Notes: a model not told the origin generated them from the letters alone. DNA of 64,000 nt from Candidatus Heimdallarchaeota archaeon (GCA_020353515.1 CP070695.1:1271637-1335636), one strand, 5' to 3'; positions 8,060 to 17,469 are shown, counted from the stretch's first letter. Made by a program: numbers and translations.

Positions 8060-10690
8060 TTATATCGCTTCACCAATTATGAAAAGATATTCTCCAGAGT
8101 CTAATTGGGCAATTGAACAAAGAATTGTTGTAAAATCCGTTTTCAAAACGATTTTTAGCCCATTTAAAGGATTTATAGCTTTTTGATGAAGCAAAAATCC
8201 CTTTTGAGTCATCAAAGCAGCCCACTGTAATAATTCTGATTCCGAATATGTCAATATTCTGATTGATTTGGAGTTTATTCCAATTCCTGATTCAAAGATT
8301 AAATCCCGTTCTAAAATGTCAGATATAAGAGTTTTTGGAAGAGAATTTTCCTGTAACTCGCTAATTAACTCAGTAAACCATCTGGTATCCTCTTCAGTTA
8401 CATCTTGTAATCTTTCCTCAGAAATATAATCAGCTATATCAGCTTCAGGAACAGTAGAAGCTTGATCTTCAGCTATGGTTTCTTCAAGCTTGGCTTCATC
8501 AGGAGGAAGTAGAGAGATGAAATGTGGTAATTCACGATTTTGGTCAGCAAGTACGAGAATCCCATCACGAAGATATGAAATAATAACCTCTGTAATCTTT
8601 CGATAACTATAATCTGAATCTAAAAGACATTGATTAACGATCTCCAATGCAAAGAGGCCCTCGGATAAGGCAAGTTGATCAATTTGCTTATTAATAATCT
8701 CGTACAATATCGGATGAGATATTTCTTCTTTATAGGATCGATTCATCTGTAAGGGAGAAATTAAGGATAATCCTAGAAAACAATCAAGAAGCTTAATTGT
8801 TGGAGCGAATTCATCAATCAATCCAACAAATTCTTCGAGATTTTGCTGAAATTCCGTTTCGAATTGATAAGAGAAATTTCTAATTCGTCTCTTAAAATTG
8901 TTTAAGTACTTGGGAGTTCGATTGAGGATGACGGCAGTGACAGAACTGGCTCCTTCTACAGTAATGATTTCAAAAGCCCTGTCTCCTATCTCTTCCTTAA
9001 ATATGCGCAGTATTGACCGTTCTTTCACAAGATCCGTCTTAAGCTCGCTAAAAAGACCTGAAATTGCGCTTAAGAACCCTGAAACTAGTTGAGGGTCTAT
9101 TTTTAACATCGTAATGCCTAGTTCAAAAATACAAATTCCAGTTTTTTTATGGACTACTAGAATGTGATTACAGGTTAGTAAATTTGTCAAATCTTTATAG
9201 TTAAATGGTTCTATCTCTATCCCAGAAGGTGTGTCTTCATCCTGTTCAATCACGGAGGATTCTAACTTAGGTATATGTAATTCATCAGAGATTACAGGTC
9301 TACCAATTTTTGCAACCCCTCTATACCGAGGGATAGAACTAGGCATTAAATCTTCTTGAGGGTCTATATGTTTTGATAAACGAGGACGAATATGGATTTT
9401 TATTGGCCCTTGACTTCCTAATCCTACAATTAACGCTTCCCCCCGCGCGAGATGAGGTAAATTTGACACTACTTCAGAACTTATTCCTTCCATCAATCGA
9501 ATCTTGTTAATGTCTTTATCAGATCTTATCCTTAACGCAATTAATGTGTTCATATTAGCAATGATGTTATCTGGAAAATCTGCAGGTCTTTGAGATATCA
9601 GAATTTCATAAATTCCAAATTTTCGACCTTCTCGAGAAATTCGTGATAAGATTTCATTTGTAGTAGAGAAGCGGTGTGCTTCTTCGACAACCAGAACGAC
9701 TTCCTGCTCTCTTGCTATTTCTCCCTGAATTTTCATGTCGAATATTAGAGTTAAGACTTCGTTAACAAATAAATTTCGTTTTTTCTCGTCAGTAAACTCA
9801 TCTAAACGGATAATGGATATTTGGCCTGGACGAACAAGAGCATTCAAGTCAAATTCTTCTTCAAATAGGTTCAAGTTTTGTAAAGAATAGATCTTTGATA
9901 CAAGAGTTTCTCGAGTTGAGGTATGAAAATCAGACTTTTGAATTAATGAGACTAATTCATCTAGCAAGATTGGTTTTTTAATTAAATTTGATAAGGAGTT
10001 CTCTTGCGCAGCTGTTAAATCAATCAATCTACGAATTCGTTGTAAATCAAATTTGCTCCCGAGTCCTAAAGAGTCTTTTTCAAAAATGAGTATATTATCT
10101 TTGAACTCACGAGGGGAATATTCTTCGTAATTTAACTGTTCAATTTCTCCACCATCATTTGGTTGAGCTAAACCCCAATATTCGTTATGAATGTCAAATA
10201 ATAAGACTGATGCTGACTTAAATTTCATAATAATTTCTTCTAGCATCACCCCCACGCTGTAAGATTTTCCTGCACCTGTGCTTGCAACACACAGAACATG
10301 TCGTTCTATAAACTTGGGTGATATAAGAAAGGGATCTGTATGATCCTGATATGTTACGACATCTCCTAAATAAATTCCTTGATCCCCCCTATATGAGATA
10401 ATCTTAGAAACTAGTCCTTTAGGTGGGTGTTCGATTTGTGCTTGTGATGAAATGGGGAACCTACATGGGGAGAGTGAAAAATCTTCAGAGTTTATTTCTC
10501 CTAGAATTGTTGCGGTTCCTCTTATTTCTTCTCCCCTGGTTTGAATGAGGTGCGCTACTTGCGCTAAATACTGTTTTTCAGGTGTTTTTTCTGAATCTGT
10601 AATCAAAACAAAATCTTGTTCATGAATGGTTGCTTTACTTTCATCTATATAGAAAGAAATTTCCCCTGTTGAAGATTTTATTACTTCCAT
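8060..10690 (-). CDS. HerA/FtsK-family (DUF87) ATPase fused to a longin-like domain
   Basis: HAS-barrel-like N-terminus, Walker A ASTGAGKS, FDIHNEY, Walker B VEEAHRF, REGRKFG, SQRP; then DPQLVSGFLSAISGLFSE longin-like motif. Confidence 0.8.
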   Translation of the reverse strand: MEVIKSSTGEISFYIDESKATIHEQDFVLITDSEKTPEKQYLAQVAHLIQTRGEEIRGTATILGEINSEDFSLSPCRFPISSQAQIEHPPKGLVSKIISYRGDQGIYLGDVVTYQDHTDPFLISPKFIERHVLCVASTGAGKSYSVGVMLEEIIMKFKSASVLLFDIHNEYWGLAQPNDGGEIEQLNYEEYSPREFKDNILIFEKDSLGLGSKFDLQRIRRLIDLTAAQENSLSNLIKKPILLDELVSLIQKSDFHTSTRETLVSKIYSLQNLNLFEEEFDLNALVRPGQISIIRLDEFTDEKKRNLFVNEVLTLIFDMKIQGEIAREQEVVLVVEEAHRFSTTNEILSRISREGRKFGIYEILISQRPADFPDNIIANMNTLIALRIRSDKDINKIRLMEGISSEVVSNLPHLARGEALIVGLGSQGPIKIHIRPRLSKHIDPQEDLMPSSIPRYRGVAKIGRPVISDELHIPKLESSVIEQDEDTPSGIEIEPFNYKDLTNLLTCNHILVVHKKTGICIFELGITMLKIDPQLVSGFLSAISGLFSELKTDLVKERSILRIFKEEIGDRAFEIITVEGASSVTAVILNRTPKYLNNFKRRIRNFSYQFETEFQQNLEEFVGLIDEFAPTIKLLDCFLGLSLISPLQMNRSYKEEISHPILYEIINKQIDQLALSEGLFALEIVNQCLLDSDYSYRKITEVIISYLRDGILVLADQNRELPHFISLLPPDEAKLEETIAEDQASTVPEADIADYISEERLQDVTEEDTRWFTELISELQENSLPKTLISDILERDLIFESGIGINSKSIRILTYSESELLQWAALMTQKGFLLHQKAINPLNGLKIVLKTDFTTILCSIAQLDSGEYLFIIGEAI

Positions 10691-11060
10691 TGCACGTTAC
10701 AACCATTTCAAGTTGAACTCAATCTACTGAGCGCTCTATATTAAGGTACTATTTGAATTAATGGACTAAGGGCACTCATTCTAGTCAGATAATGAGTTTC
10801 TTGTACCAAATGCTTTTTACCTTCTTCATTAGATATAGAATTTTGATTAGTATAAAAATTACGTTATTGTATATAACTCAATTAATAATATTGAATCTCT
10901 GGGAAAGAATACCTATGATGTTTTTTTTGGCTAATAGCATGAAATTAATTTGATGATTGATTACATAATTATGATAAACTTCGCAAAAACTTAATATTTC
11001 ATTCTTAACAGGATAAGTATTAAATCACCTAATTCACTTTTAGGTGGAGAGTAAGCTATC

Positions 11061-12032
11061 ATGGCAAGTACCCCTCAAAATAATGAGTATGATATGGTAA
11101 TAGTTGGTGCTGGACCAGCAGGTATGGCTTCTGCGATCTATGGTTCACGTATGGGTTGGAAAACATTAGTACTCGAAAAAGAGGCGGTAGGGGGCCTGGC
11201 AGCGGTCACTCCAATAATAGAAAACTATCCTGGGTTCTCTGAAATCACTGGTCTTGAGTTTGCAGAGAAATTACGAAAACAGGCGGAAAAATTTGGTGCT
11301 GAGATTCAAGAACTAGTAGAAGTAACTGACATAAAAACAGACCAAGTTCCATTTGAAGTAGTATCTACTTCGGGTGTCTACAAAGCAAAAGTGGTCATAT
11401 TTGCTACTGGTACTTCTCATCGTCATTTGAATGTCCCAGGTGAAAAAGAATTTGAAGCGAAGGGTGTATCTTACTGTGCAACATGTGATGGGCCTTTATA
11501 TAAATCTAAAAAGGTAGCTGTAGTTGGAGGGGGGAATTCTGCAGTCACAGAAGCTCTGTATCTGGATAATGTTGTCCGAGAAGTGTATTTAATTCACCGT
11601 CGAGACCAATTACGAGCAGAACAATCATTACAGAAGGAAATTCTTAATAATTCTAAAGTCAACTTCATTTGGGATTCTGTGGTTTCTGAAATCCATGGAA
11701 GCGAGGCGGGTGGAGTCAAGAAATTAACTCTGAAAAATGTAAAAACAGGAGAAGAAGATTCTCTTCGTGTAAAAGCAATATTTATAGCTATTGGTATTAT
11801 TCCTAATAATGAATTAGCAAAAAAAGTTGGCATTGAGTTGGCTGACGAAGGGTTGATCAAGGTCGATGATAAACAGCGAACCAATATTCCTCGAATTTAT
11901 GCCTGTGGCGACATTACTCCTGGCCAAGGACAGATTTCGGTAGCTGTAGGTGAGGGTACAACTGCTGCGATTTCCGCTTTTCTTGATATGAGAGGTGGGG
12001 ATTGGTATGGAGAAGAAGATAGCACTGGTTGA
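11061..12032 (+). CDS. trxB: Thioredoxin-disulfide reductase
   Basis: GAGPAG, CATC active site, GGGNSA, C-terminal GD FAD motif. Confidence 0.95.
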   Translation: MASTPQNNEYDMVIVGAGPAGMASAIYGSRMGWKTLVLEKEAVGGLAAVTPIIENYPGFSEITGLEFAEKLRKQAEKFGAEIQELVEVTDIKTDQVPFEVVSTSGVYKAKVVIFATGTSHRHLNVPGEKEFEAKGVSYCATCDGPLYKSKKVAVVGGGNSAVTEALYLDNVVREVYLIHRRDQLRAEQSLQKEILNNSKVNFIWDSVVSEIHGSEAGGVKKLTLKNVKTGEEDSLRVKAIFIAIGIIPNNELAKKVGIELADEGLIKVDDKQRTNIPRIYACGDITPGQGQISVAVGEGTTAAISAFLDMRGGDWYGEEDSTG

Positions 12033-12040
12033 TTTAGGTC

Positions 12041-12544
12041 TTGAATCAGAAAGAAGTTTCAAGCACGGTTGCAATTGATAGAATTTCAGCTCACTTCAGT
12101 GCCTCACATGCTCTAATTTCTGAAAATTACGAAGAAGGACTTCACGGTCATAATTATCAAGTTGAAATTGAGATTGAAGGGAATTTAGGTACCGATAATG
12201 TTATCATTGACTTTATTTTTTTAGAAAACCTCCTCTCCCAAACCCTTTCAAATTGGGATCATTTTGTATTATTACCATCAAATAATAAAAACATGAAAAT
12301 TCGTGAAAATAAGAATAATATCGAAATCAAATACGGAAGACGATTTTACTCTATTCCTAGGACTGAGGTCAAGTTTTTGGAATGCTCAAATGTTACCACA
12401 GAAGCCTTAGCCCAATTATTAGGTGAGAAGATGAGGAGTTTTTTAAAAAAAGAGAGTTTTTGGAAAAGGATACAGACGATAAAGATCACAATTTGGGAAA
12501 CATCCGTCTATCGCGCTAGTTATTCTGTTAGATCCAATTTTTAA
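12041..12544 (+). CDS. 6-pyruvoyl-tetrahydropterin synthase family (T-fold), probably PTPS-III type
   Basis: FSASH, EGLHGHNY, TTEALA, IWET; Glu rather than Cys before HGH. Confidence 0.8.
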   Translation: MNQKEVSSTVAIDRISAHFSASHALISENYEEGLHGHNYQVEIEIEGNLGTDNVIIDFIFLENLLSQTLSNWDHFVLLPSNNKNMKIRENKNNIEIKYGRRFYSIPRTEVKFLECSNVTTEALAQLLGEKMRSFLKKESFWKRIQTIKITIWETSVYRASYSVRSNF

Positions 12545-13340
12545 GAAAAGTAGCAATATCCATTTTTGGAAATCCAGGTATTTGTTGTCCTTCGGAAGTT
12601 AAATTGTAGCGAAGTCCAGAATGTTGAGAATGAAAAGCTGTTATGAGATCAATAGCAATATGGAATTTCTCTAATTTCTTCTTCTTTCTCTTTTTAAGAG
12701 GAGATTTAAGTATACTATATTCACCAATTTGAGTTCCAAAATCAAAACCAATAAGTCCAATAAGAGGAGATTGAAAGTGGAATGCTAAAAAAATTGCTCG
12801 ATCTCCATCAGTAAACCCCCCAAAATTGAAAAGAAATTGTCCAGGTTCACACTGAGCTGTTCCCCATACATCAGTTTTAAAGATAAAATCAGAGTTTTTC
12901 TGGAAGAAAGAGGAAATCTGTTGTTGATTGTCCCCATGGGCATGAATTAATGCTAAAGTACCTTTCTGAATGGCCCAACTGATTGCATCTAAATCACCAT
13001 CGAGATCAGTTACCACTAAGGAGGGAACGACATTATTTTCCTTAAATAATGTTGTTGCTCCATCAACAGTAATTATCTTAAAATCTCTTAAAATCTTCTT
13101 CAAATAAGGGCCAATGAAAACTCTTGAAAAGTCTTTTTTCAAGGATGGCCCTGCTCCAGCGATAATCACAGGTTGTTCTTGAAATATTTTTAATTTTGAA
13201 AGGATATCTTTTTTCTTATCAGAGTTAAATTTGATTAAATATTTCTCTAATAGTTTTACTGATTGAATATCTGCCTCCGTGTCAAAGTCTAACTTTTCCA
13301 TAATCTGATAGTAGCTTTCCTTCCAATCTGGCCAATTCAT
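12528..13340 (-). CDS. mptE: 6-hydroxymethyl-7,8-dihydropterin pyrophosphokinase (DUF115)
   Basis: GAGPSL, TVDGAT, VTDLDG, HAHGDN, NFGGFTDGDRA, GFDFG. Start moved to ATG 13340 (MNWPDW). Confidence 0.85.
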   Translation of the reverse strand: MNWPDWKESYYQIMEKLDFDTEADIQSVKLLEKYLIKFNSDKKKDILSKLKIFQEQPVIIAGAGPSLKKDFSRVFIGPYLKKILRDFKIITVDGATTLFKENNVVPSLVVTDLDGDLDAISWAIQKGTLALIHAHGDNQQQISSFFQKNSDFIFKTDVWGTAQCEPGQFLFNFGGFTDGDRAIFLAFHFQSPLIGLIGFDFGTQIGEYSILKSPLKKRKKKKLEKFHIAIDLITAFHSQHSGLRYNLTSEGQQIPGFPKMDIATFLKNWI

Positions 13341-13401
13341 TCTGAATATCTCTGGTAATAGACTATTATATTTACAATGAAGTAGGGTTCTGACCACAAA
13401 T

Positions 13402-13415
13402 AAAATATTTAAGGA
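13402..13415 (+). promoter_or_regulatory. Probable BRE/TATA for the 5S precursor
   Basis: AAAATATTTAAGGA about 55-65 nt upstream of the processing stem. Confidence 0.4.
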
Positions 13416-13469
13416 TTCTTGAAACCGCTCCTTTTGGTTTGTTTTACAAACTTGACGCTTATTACATGC

Positions 13470-13614
13470 GAGACTCTGCCGAAAGTTAAGTTAGGTTCCG
13501 TTTCGGTCTGTACTGTTGTGCGCGAGCCAACGGGAACATCGAGAAGCTGAGTATTGCTCGGCCAGAGGGCCTAGGTTACACCCGGTCTCATTCCGAACCC
13601 GGAAACAGAGTCTC
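13470..13614 (+). repeat. Processing stem and BHB-like motif flanking the permuted 5S
   Basis: GAGACTCTG(13470-13478)/CAGAGTCTC(13606-13614) perfect inverted repeat; central CCGA/CCGG; bulges AAG(13483-85) and AAA(13603-05). Confidence 0.85.
13485..13604 (+). rRNA. rrf: 5S rRNA, circularly permuted gene (3' half 13485-13552, ATT linker, 5' half 13556-13604)
   Basis: 5' half GCTCGGCCAGAGGGCCTAGGTTACACCCGGTCTCATTCCGAACCCGGAA; 3' half GTTAAGTTAGGTTCCGTTTCGGTCTGTACTGTTGTGCGCGAGCCAACGGGAACATCGAGAAGCTGAGT. Helices I-V, loop C and loop E all form after re-ordering; 120 nt. Confidence 0.92.
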
Positions 13615-13896
13615 CTTCGTCTTAGGCCCTGGAATTTACTCTTTTAATATTTTATTTTTGTTGCTTAACTACTTTTCTTATTAATTTTTATTATTACATC
13701 TTGATTCCAGTAATACAGGGATAATTAATATATTATTAATTAAAATAAACTATTTTCAATCTTTATCTTAGTGAAAGTTAAAATAAAGTAAATACAAGCA
13801 TTCGATATGATGGCTATATTCTTTGTATTGCACAAATCTCGTGATTTTTCCTCCACATATTCCCAAAAAGAAATTTTACTCCATTGGAGGCGTTAA

Positions 13897-14808
13897 ATGG
13901 TATTCTCTTCAATAGCCCAGAGCTACTTTGACGAATTCCCATTCCGCCGGGGTACTCCACGGAAACCATCTTCAGGCTTTTTTTTCTTATCTCACGCTCA
14001 TTCAGACCATACATCAGGTCTCCGATCAAGCTTATCTGATCCTGATGCTACAATAGTCTGCTCCAAAGAAACAGCAGCCGTCATCAAGGTACTATATGGA
14101 ATTCCTAGAGAAAAATGTCTTGAAATCAAATCTAGTCAGTCTCTAGACTTCGACAATTTCATAGTTCATGCAATCGATGCCAATCATTGTGTTGGTAGTC
14201 TCTCTTTTGTGATTGAATCAAAAGATGGTTTGAGAGAGGTTTATACTGGTGATTTTAGGTTAGGGGTTCCGATTTTTGATGAACTTAGGTTAATTCAAGA
14301 AACAGATCATCTCTGGGTTGATTATACTTATGGAATTGATCCAATATTTCGGTTTCCTTCAAGAGAAGAAATAATTTCAGAAATAATTACATTAATCCTA
14401 TCTGAGGGGAATTTTCCAGAAAGGGATGTATGGATTTCTTCATATCAAATTGGTAAAGAAAAGCTTCTTAAAACCATCAGTGACGCGCTAAAAGTTAAAA
14501 TTTGGGCATCAGATCTCAAAGTGAAAACCTATAAAGAAATTGGAGGAGAATGGGACATTTTTACGAATGATAGAGATTCAGGAGTTTTTGTTGGTAGCCG
14601 TCGAATGGTAGAAAGGTTACATGGAATAGATAAACAATATCATGATAAGATGACTGAAGCCCTAAGAATCTCTCCCACTGGGTGGGCCTCACGCTTACAC
14701 CAAAAGCATTTAGATGTGAATTTTTTTCCTTACTCAGATCACTGTTCATATTCTGAGGTTCATAAATTCATTAAGCTAGTTAATGCAAAAAGAATCAAAA
14801 AAATCTGA
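13897..14808 (+). CDS. SNM1/Pso2/Apollo-like beta-CASP DNA-repair metallo-beta-lactamase nuclease
   Basis: FLSHAHSDH, DANHCVGS, YTGDFR, YQIGKEK, PTGW, PYSDHCSYSE. Confidence 0.8.
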   Translation: MVFSSIAQSYFDEFPFRRGTPRKPSSGFFFLSHAHSDHTSGLRSSLSDPDATIVCSKETAAVIKVLYGIPREKCLEIKSSQSLDFDNFIVHAIDANHCVGSLSFVIESKDGLREVYTGDFRLGVPIFDELRLIQETDHLWVDYTYGIDPIFRFPSREEIISEIITLILSEGNFPERDVWISSYQIGKEKLLKTISDALKVKIWASDLKVKTYKEIGGEWDIFTNDRDSGVFVGSRRMVERLHGIDKQYHDKMTEALRISPTGWASRLHQKHLDVNFFPYSDHCSYSEVHKFIKLVNAKRIKKI

Positions 14809-14890
14809 AGAAATAAAAAACTTTCAAAAAAGGCAAAAAAGCCATTCTAAATTCTCTCATATCGATAATCTAACATGAAAGGGATCTCCT

Positions 14891-17086
14891 TTGAGCATAA
14901 AAAATCTTCGAGATATACGTGGAATTGGCCCATCAGTGGAAGACAAGCTGAAGGCATATTTTAAAAGCGAAAATGACGCTCTCACCGCATTACGTGAATC
15001 TCGAATAGCAGAAATATCATCTATCGAGGGAATTGGGGAAAGATTTGCTCTGAGTATGTGTCGTAACCTCCATTTTCAAGAAACTGGGGAGCAGATTCAA
15101 AATTTCTTGAAAACAGAGGATGCGATCTTACTTTATAATCGAGTAATAGATATCATCTCAAAATTTGCTAATACTGCATACTCAAGGTCAAAACTATATT
15201 TATTCTTTCCATTACCAATTACAGCTTTAAATAAAATAAAAACGAGGCAAAAAACGACCCAACGTGCACAAAAATTGGTATCATTAATAAAAAACTCTCC
15301 TCATTCCTTCGAAGATTATGACAAACTGCTCAGGAACCTTTCACCTCTAAAGGAACAAATATCTCAGTTAGATACAGCTTCACGTGTAATAGCAACTGCA
15401 GATAGGCAAATCCATGAAGAGCTTATAGCTAACGAGATAGCAAATTATTGTGAAATCCTTTTTATCGAAGAAATTGAACAAATTTCAGGTTTCATTGGGA
15501 GCTATGATGAAGTTATTTGGATTGGATCAGATATTTTACTTGAAGAAGGAGTTACTAATGCAATTACCATTTCCGAGACTCAACGAAAAGATTTAATTAG
15601 AATAATCCCAGAAAAAACCCTCGTCTTCTTTGCAAATAATAAGAAAATCCTCGAATCAATATCTGGAATAGCTAGATTACTTAAAACAATTTCTCCATCG
15701 GAATTGACTGTATTCATTAGGGAATTAGATCTAGATATACTTATCGAGATGGGTAATGAGCTTTCAAACCTAGAAGAGTCAGGTGAACCAACACAACTTT
15801 TTAACGAAGAATATGCCCGTCTTTTAAACGCAGAACAGAGCTTTGATAACAGCTTAAGTGAAGTTCTTCTACTATTAAATGAAGAACTAGAAAAAACACT
15901 TCAGGACACCACTGTTCACTTAGAAGGAGAAAAAATTCTCGCTCTCTTAAAAGGTATGGGAGAGGAGGAACATAGATACTCCAGGGATAGTGGAAAAGCA
16001 GAACTACGTGAATATCTGGATGATGAACTATATTTAGCAGTTGAAGAGATCGTAACTAAAGCAGAGGAAAACCTTATTCAAAAATTAGCTTTGAGAAGTG
16101 ATGAAACAGATTACATCACAGGAATTTTCCCAAGAGAACTTCAATATCCAGTCGATCCTGTTGATGACGTAGTTAATCGCGTAAAAACCTATTTACGACA
16201 ATCAAGAGCAGTTAAATCTTTTGAACTTAAAGTAGCATTAGCTAAATCTCTTGAGCGATTTGAAATCATTGCTAAAACTGCATTGAATTATATATTTGAG
16301 TTAGATTTTCTTTTAATGATTGGAAAGTTTGCCCTTAGTTATAATCTGGTTCTCCCACAACTTGTTGAAGATCAGGGTACTGGAATCCTTGTGGAAGAAA
16401 GCCGAAATCTATTTTTAATACAACAAGAGCAACGGGGGATGTTGAAAGTTGAATCCGTCTCATATGCAGTAGGAGAAATTGGACAGATTGCTGGTAGTGT
16501 AGATGGTGAACGGATTATCCTTCTTTCAGGTGCAAATAGCGGAGGAAAGACAACACTGATAGTTTCTATTGCAGTATTGGTCATTCTAGGCCAAATGGGG
16601 CTGCCAATTCCGTGTAAACAAGCTATATTCGGGGGTTTTAACGAATTACATTATTATCGAAAGGCCTCAGGACAAATGGATGCTGGAGCTTTTGAAACTA
16701 CATTACGGACATTATCTCAAATGATAATGAGTCCAAATTCACGATTGGTGTTAGCTGATGAAATGGAAAGCATGTCGGAGCCAGGCGCATCCGCTCGGGT
16801 GATAGCAGCCTTTTTAGACCTATTAGGTCGCTCACCAAATTCAGTTGGAGTATTCGTAACCCACTTAGCCCAATTAATAGCAAAATATACTAAGGGAAAA
16901 CTGCGTATCGATGGGATTGAGGCACAAGGTCTATCTAAGGATTTAGAACTCATTGTAAATCGGACACCTGTATACTATCAATATGCGAAATCAACACCAG
17001 AATTAATTGTGAGAAGATTACAACAAATCTCGAAAGGCGATGAAAAAGAAATCTATTCTTACATACTAGAAGCCTTTGAATCTTAA
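14891..17086 (+). CDS. Archaeal MutS5-like ATPase with N-terminal HhH motifs
   Basis: IRGIG/IEGIG HhH; GANSGGKT, DAGAFE, LADEME, VTHL MutS domain V motifs; no mismatch-recognition domain evident. Confidence 0.85.
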   Translation: MSIKNLRDIRGIGPSVEDKLKAYFKSENDALTALRESRIAEISSIEGIGERFALSMCRNLHFQETGEQIQNFLKTEDAILLYNRVIDIISKFANTAYSRSKLYLFFPLPITALNKIKTRQKTTQRAQKLVSLIKNSPHSFEDYDKLLRNLSPLKEQISQLDTASRVIATADRQIHEELIANEIANYCEILFIEEIEQISGFIGSYDEVIWIGSDILLEEGVTNAITISETQRKDLIRIIPEKTLVFFANNKKILESISGIARLLKTISPSELTVFIRELDLDILIEMGNELSNLEESGEPTQLFNEEYARLLNAEQSFDNSLSEVLLLLNEELEKTLQDTTVHLEGEKILALLKGMGEEEHRYSRDSGKAELREYLDDELYLAVEEIVTKAEENLIQKLALRSDETDYITGIFPRELQYPVDPVDDVVNRVKTYLRQSRAVKSFELKVALAKSLERFEIIAKTALNYIFELDFLLMIGKFALSYNLVLPQLVEDQGTGILVEESRNLFLIQQEQRGMLKVESVSYAVGEIGQIAGSVDGERIILLSGANSGGKTTLIVSIAVLVILGQMGLPIPCKQAIFGGFNELHYYRKASGQMDAGAFETTLRTLSQMIMSPNSRLVLADEMESMSEPGASARVIAAFLDLLGRSPNSVGVFVTHLAQLIAKYTKGKLRIDGIEAQGLSKDLELIVNRTPVYYQYAKSTPELIVRRLQQISKGDEKEIYSYILEAFES

Positions 17087-17469
17087 GATCTGAAAACTGG
17101 TATATAATGGTGTGAAAACCATCCAGTAGGATGTTTAAAATGACAAATCGTGAGGGAAAAAGAAGAATTCAAAATTTCGAAAAAGAATAGAATTCAGATA
17201 AAAGAGAACCGTCGAAATGGTGTTTAATTCTTTGTTGTGTATACCGCCCATTGGTCTACCAGCTCTCATAATACTATATATCAAAAAGTTTGGAAAAACG
17301 CGTGAACATAAATATCCTTACTAGAAGATGCAAAGGTTCTTAGGCAGTATGACTTTGCAACGATCATTATCGATCGTTGATCTTACTCCGTGCACTAGTT
17401 TAATATCGTTTTTATAAGGACACATGGATTGAATTTTAATATTTAATTCTTTAAAATGAAAACTAAGAA

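Noticed and set aside
13556-13632. Reading the locus as a truncated 5S pseudogene or two tandem 5S fragments
   Set aside because: The halves are non-overlapping, sum to 120 nt, keep all helices, and break exactly at predicted BHB cut sites.
13700-13760. TTCCAG...GGG plus AT-rich palindrome resembling an ORB/replication origin
   Set aside because: Single weak match, no repeats and no cdc6/orc1 nearby.
17135-17269. 44-codon minus-strand ORF (MRAGRPMGG...) or C/D-like RNA (ATGAGA...CTGA)
   Set aside because: No recognisable protein motif; box C imperfect and no C'/D'; insufficient support.
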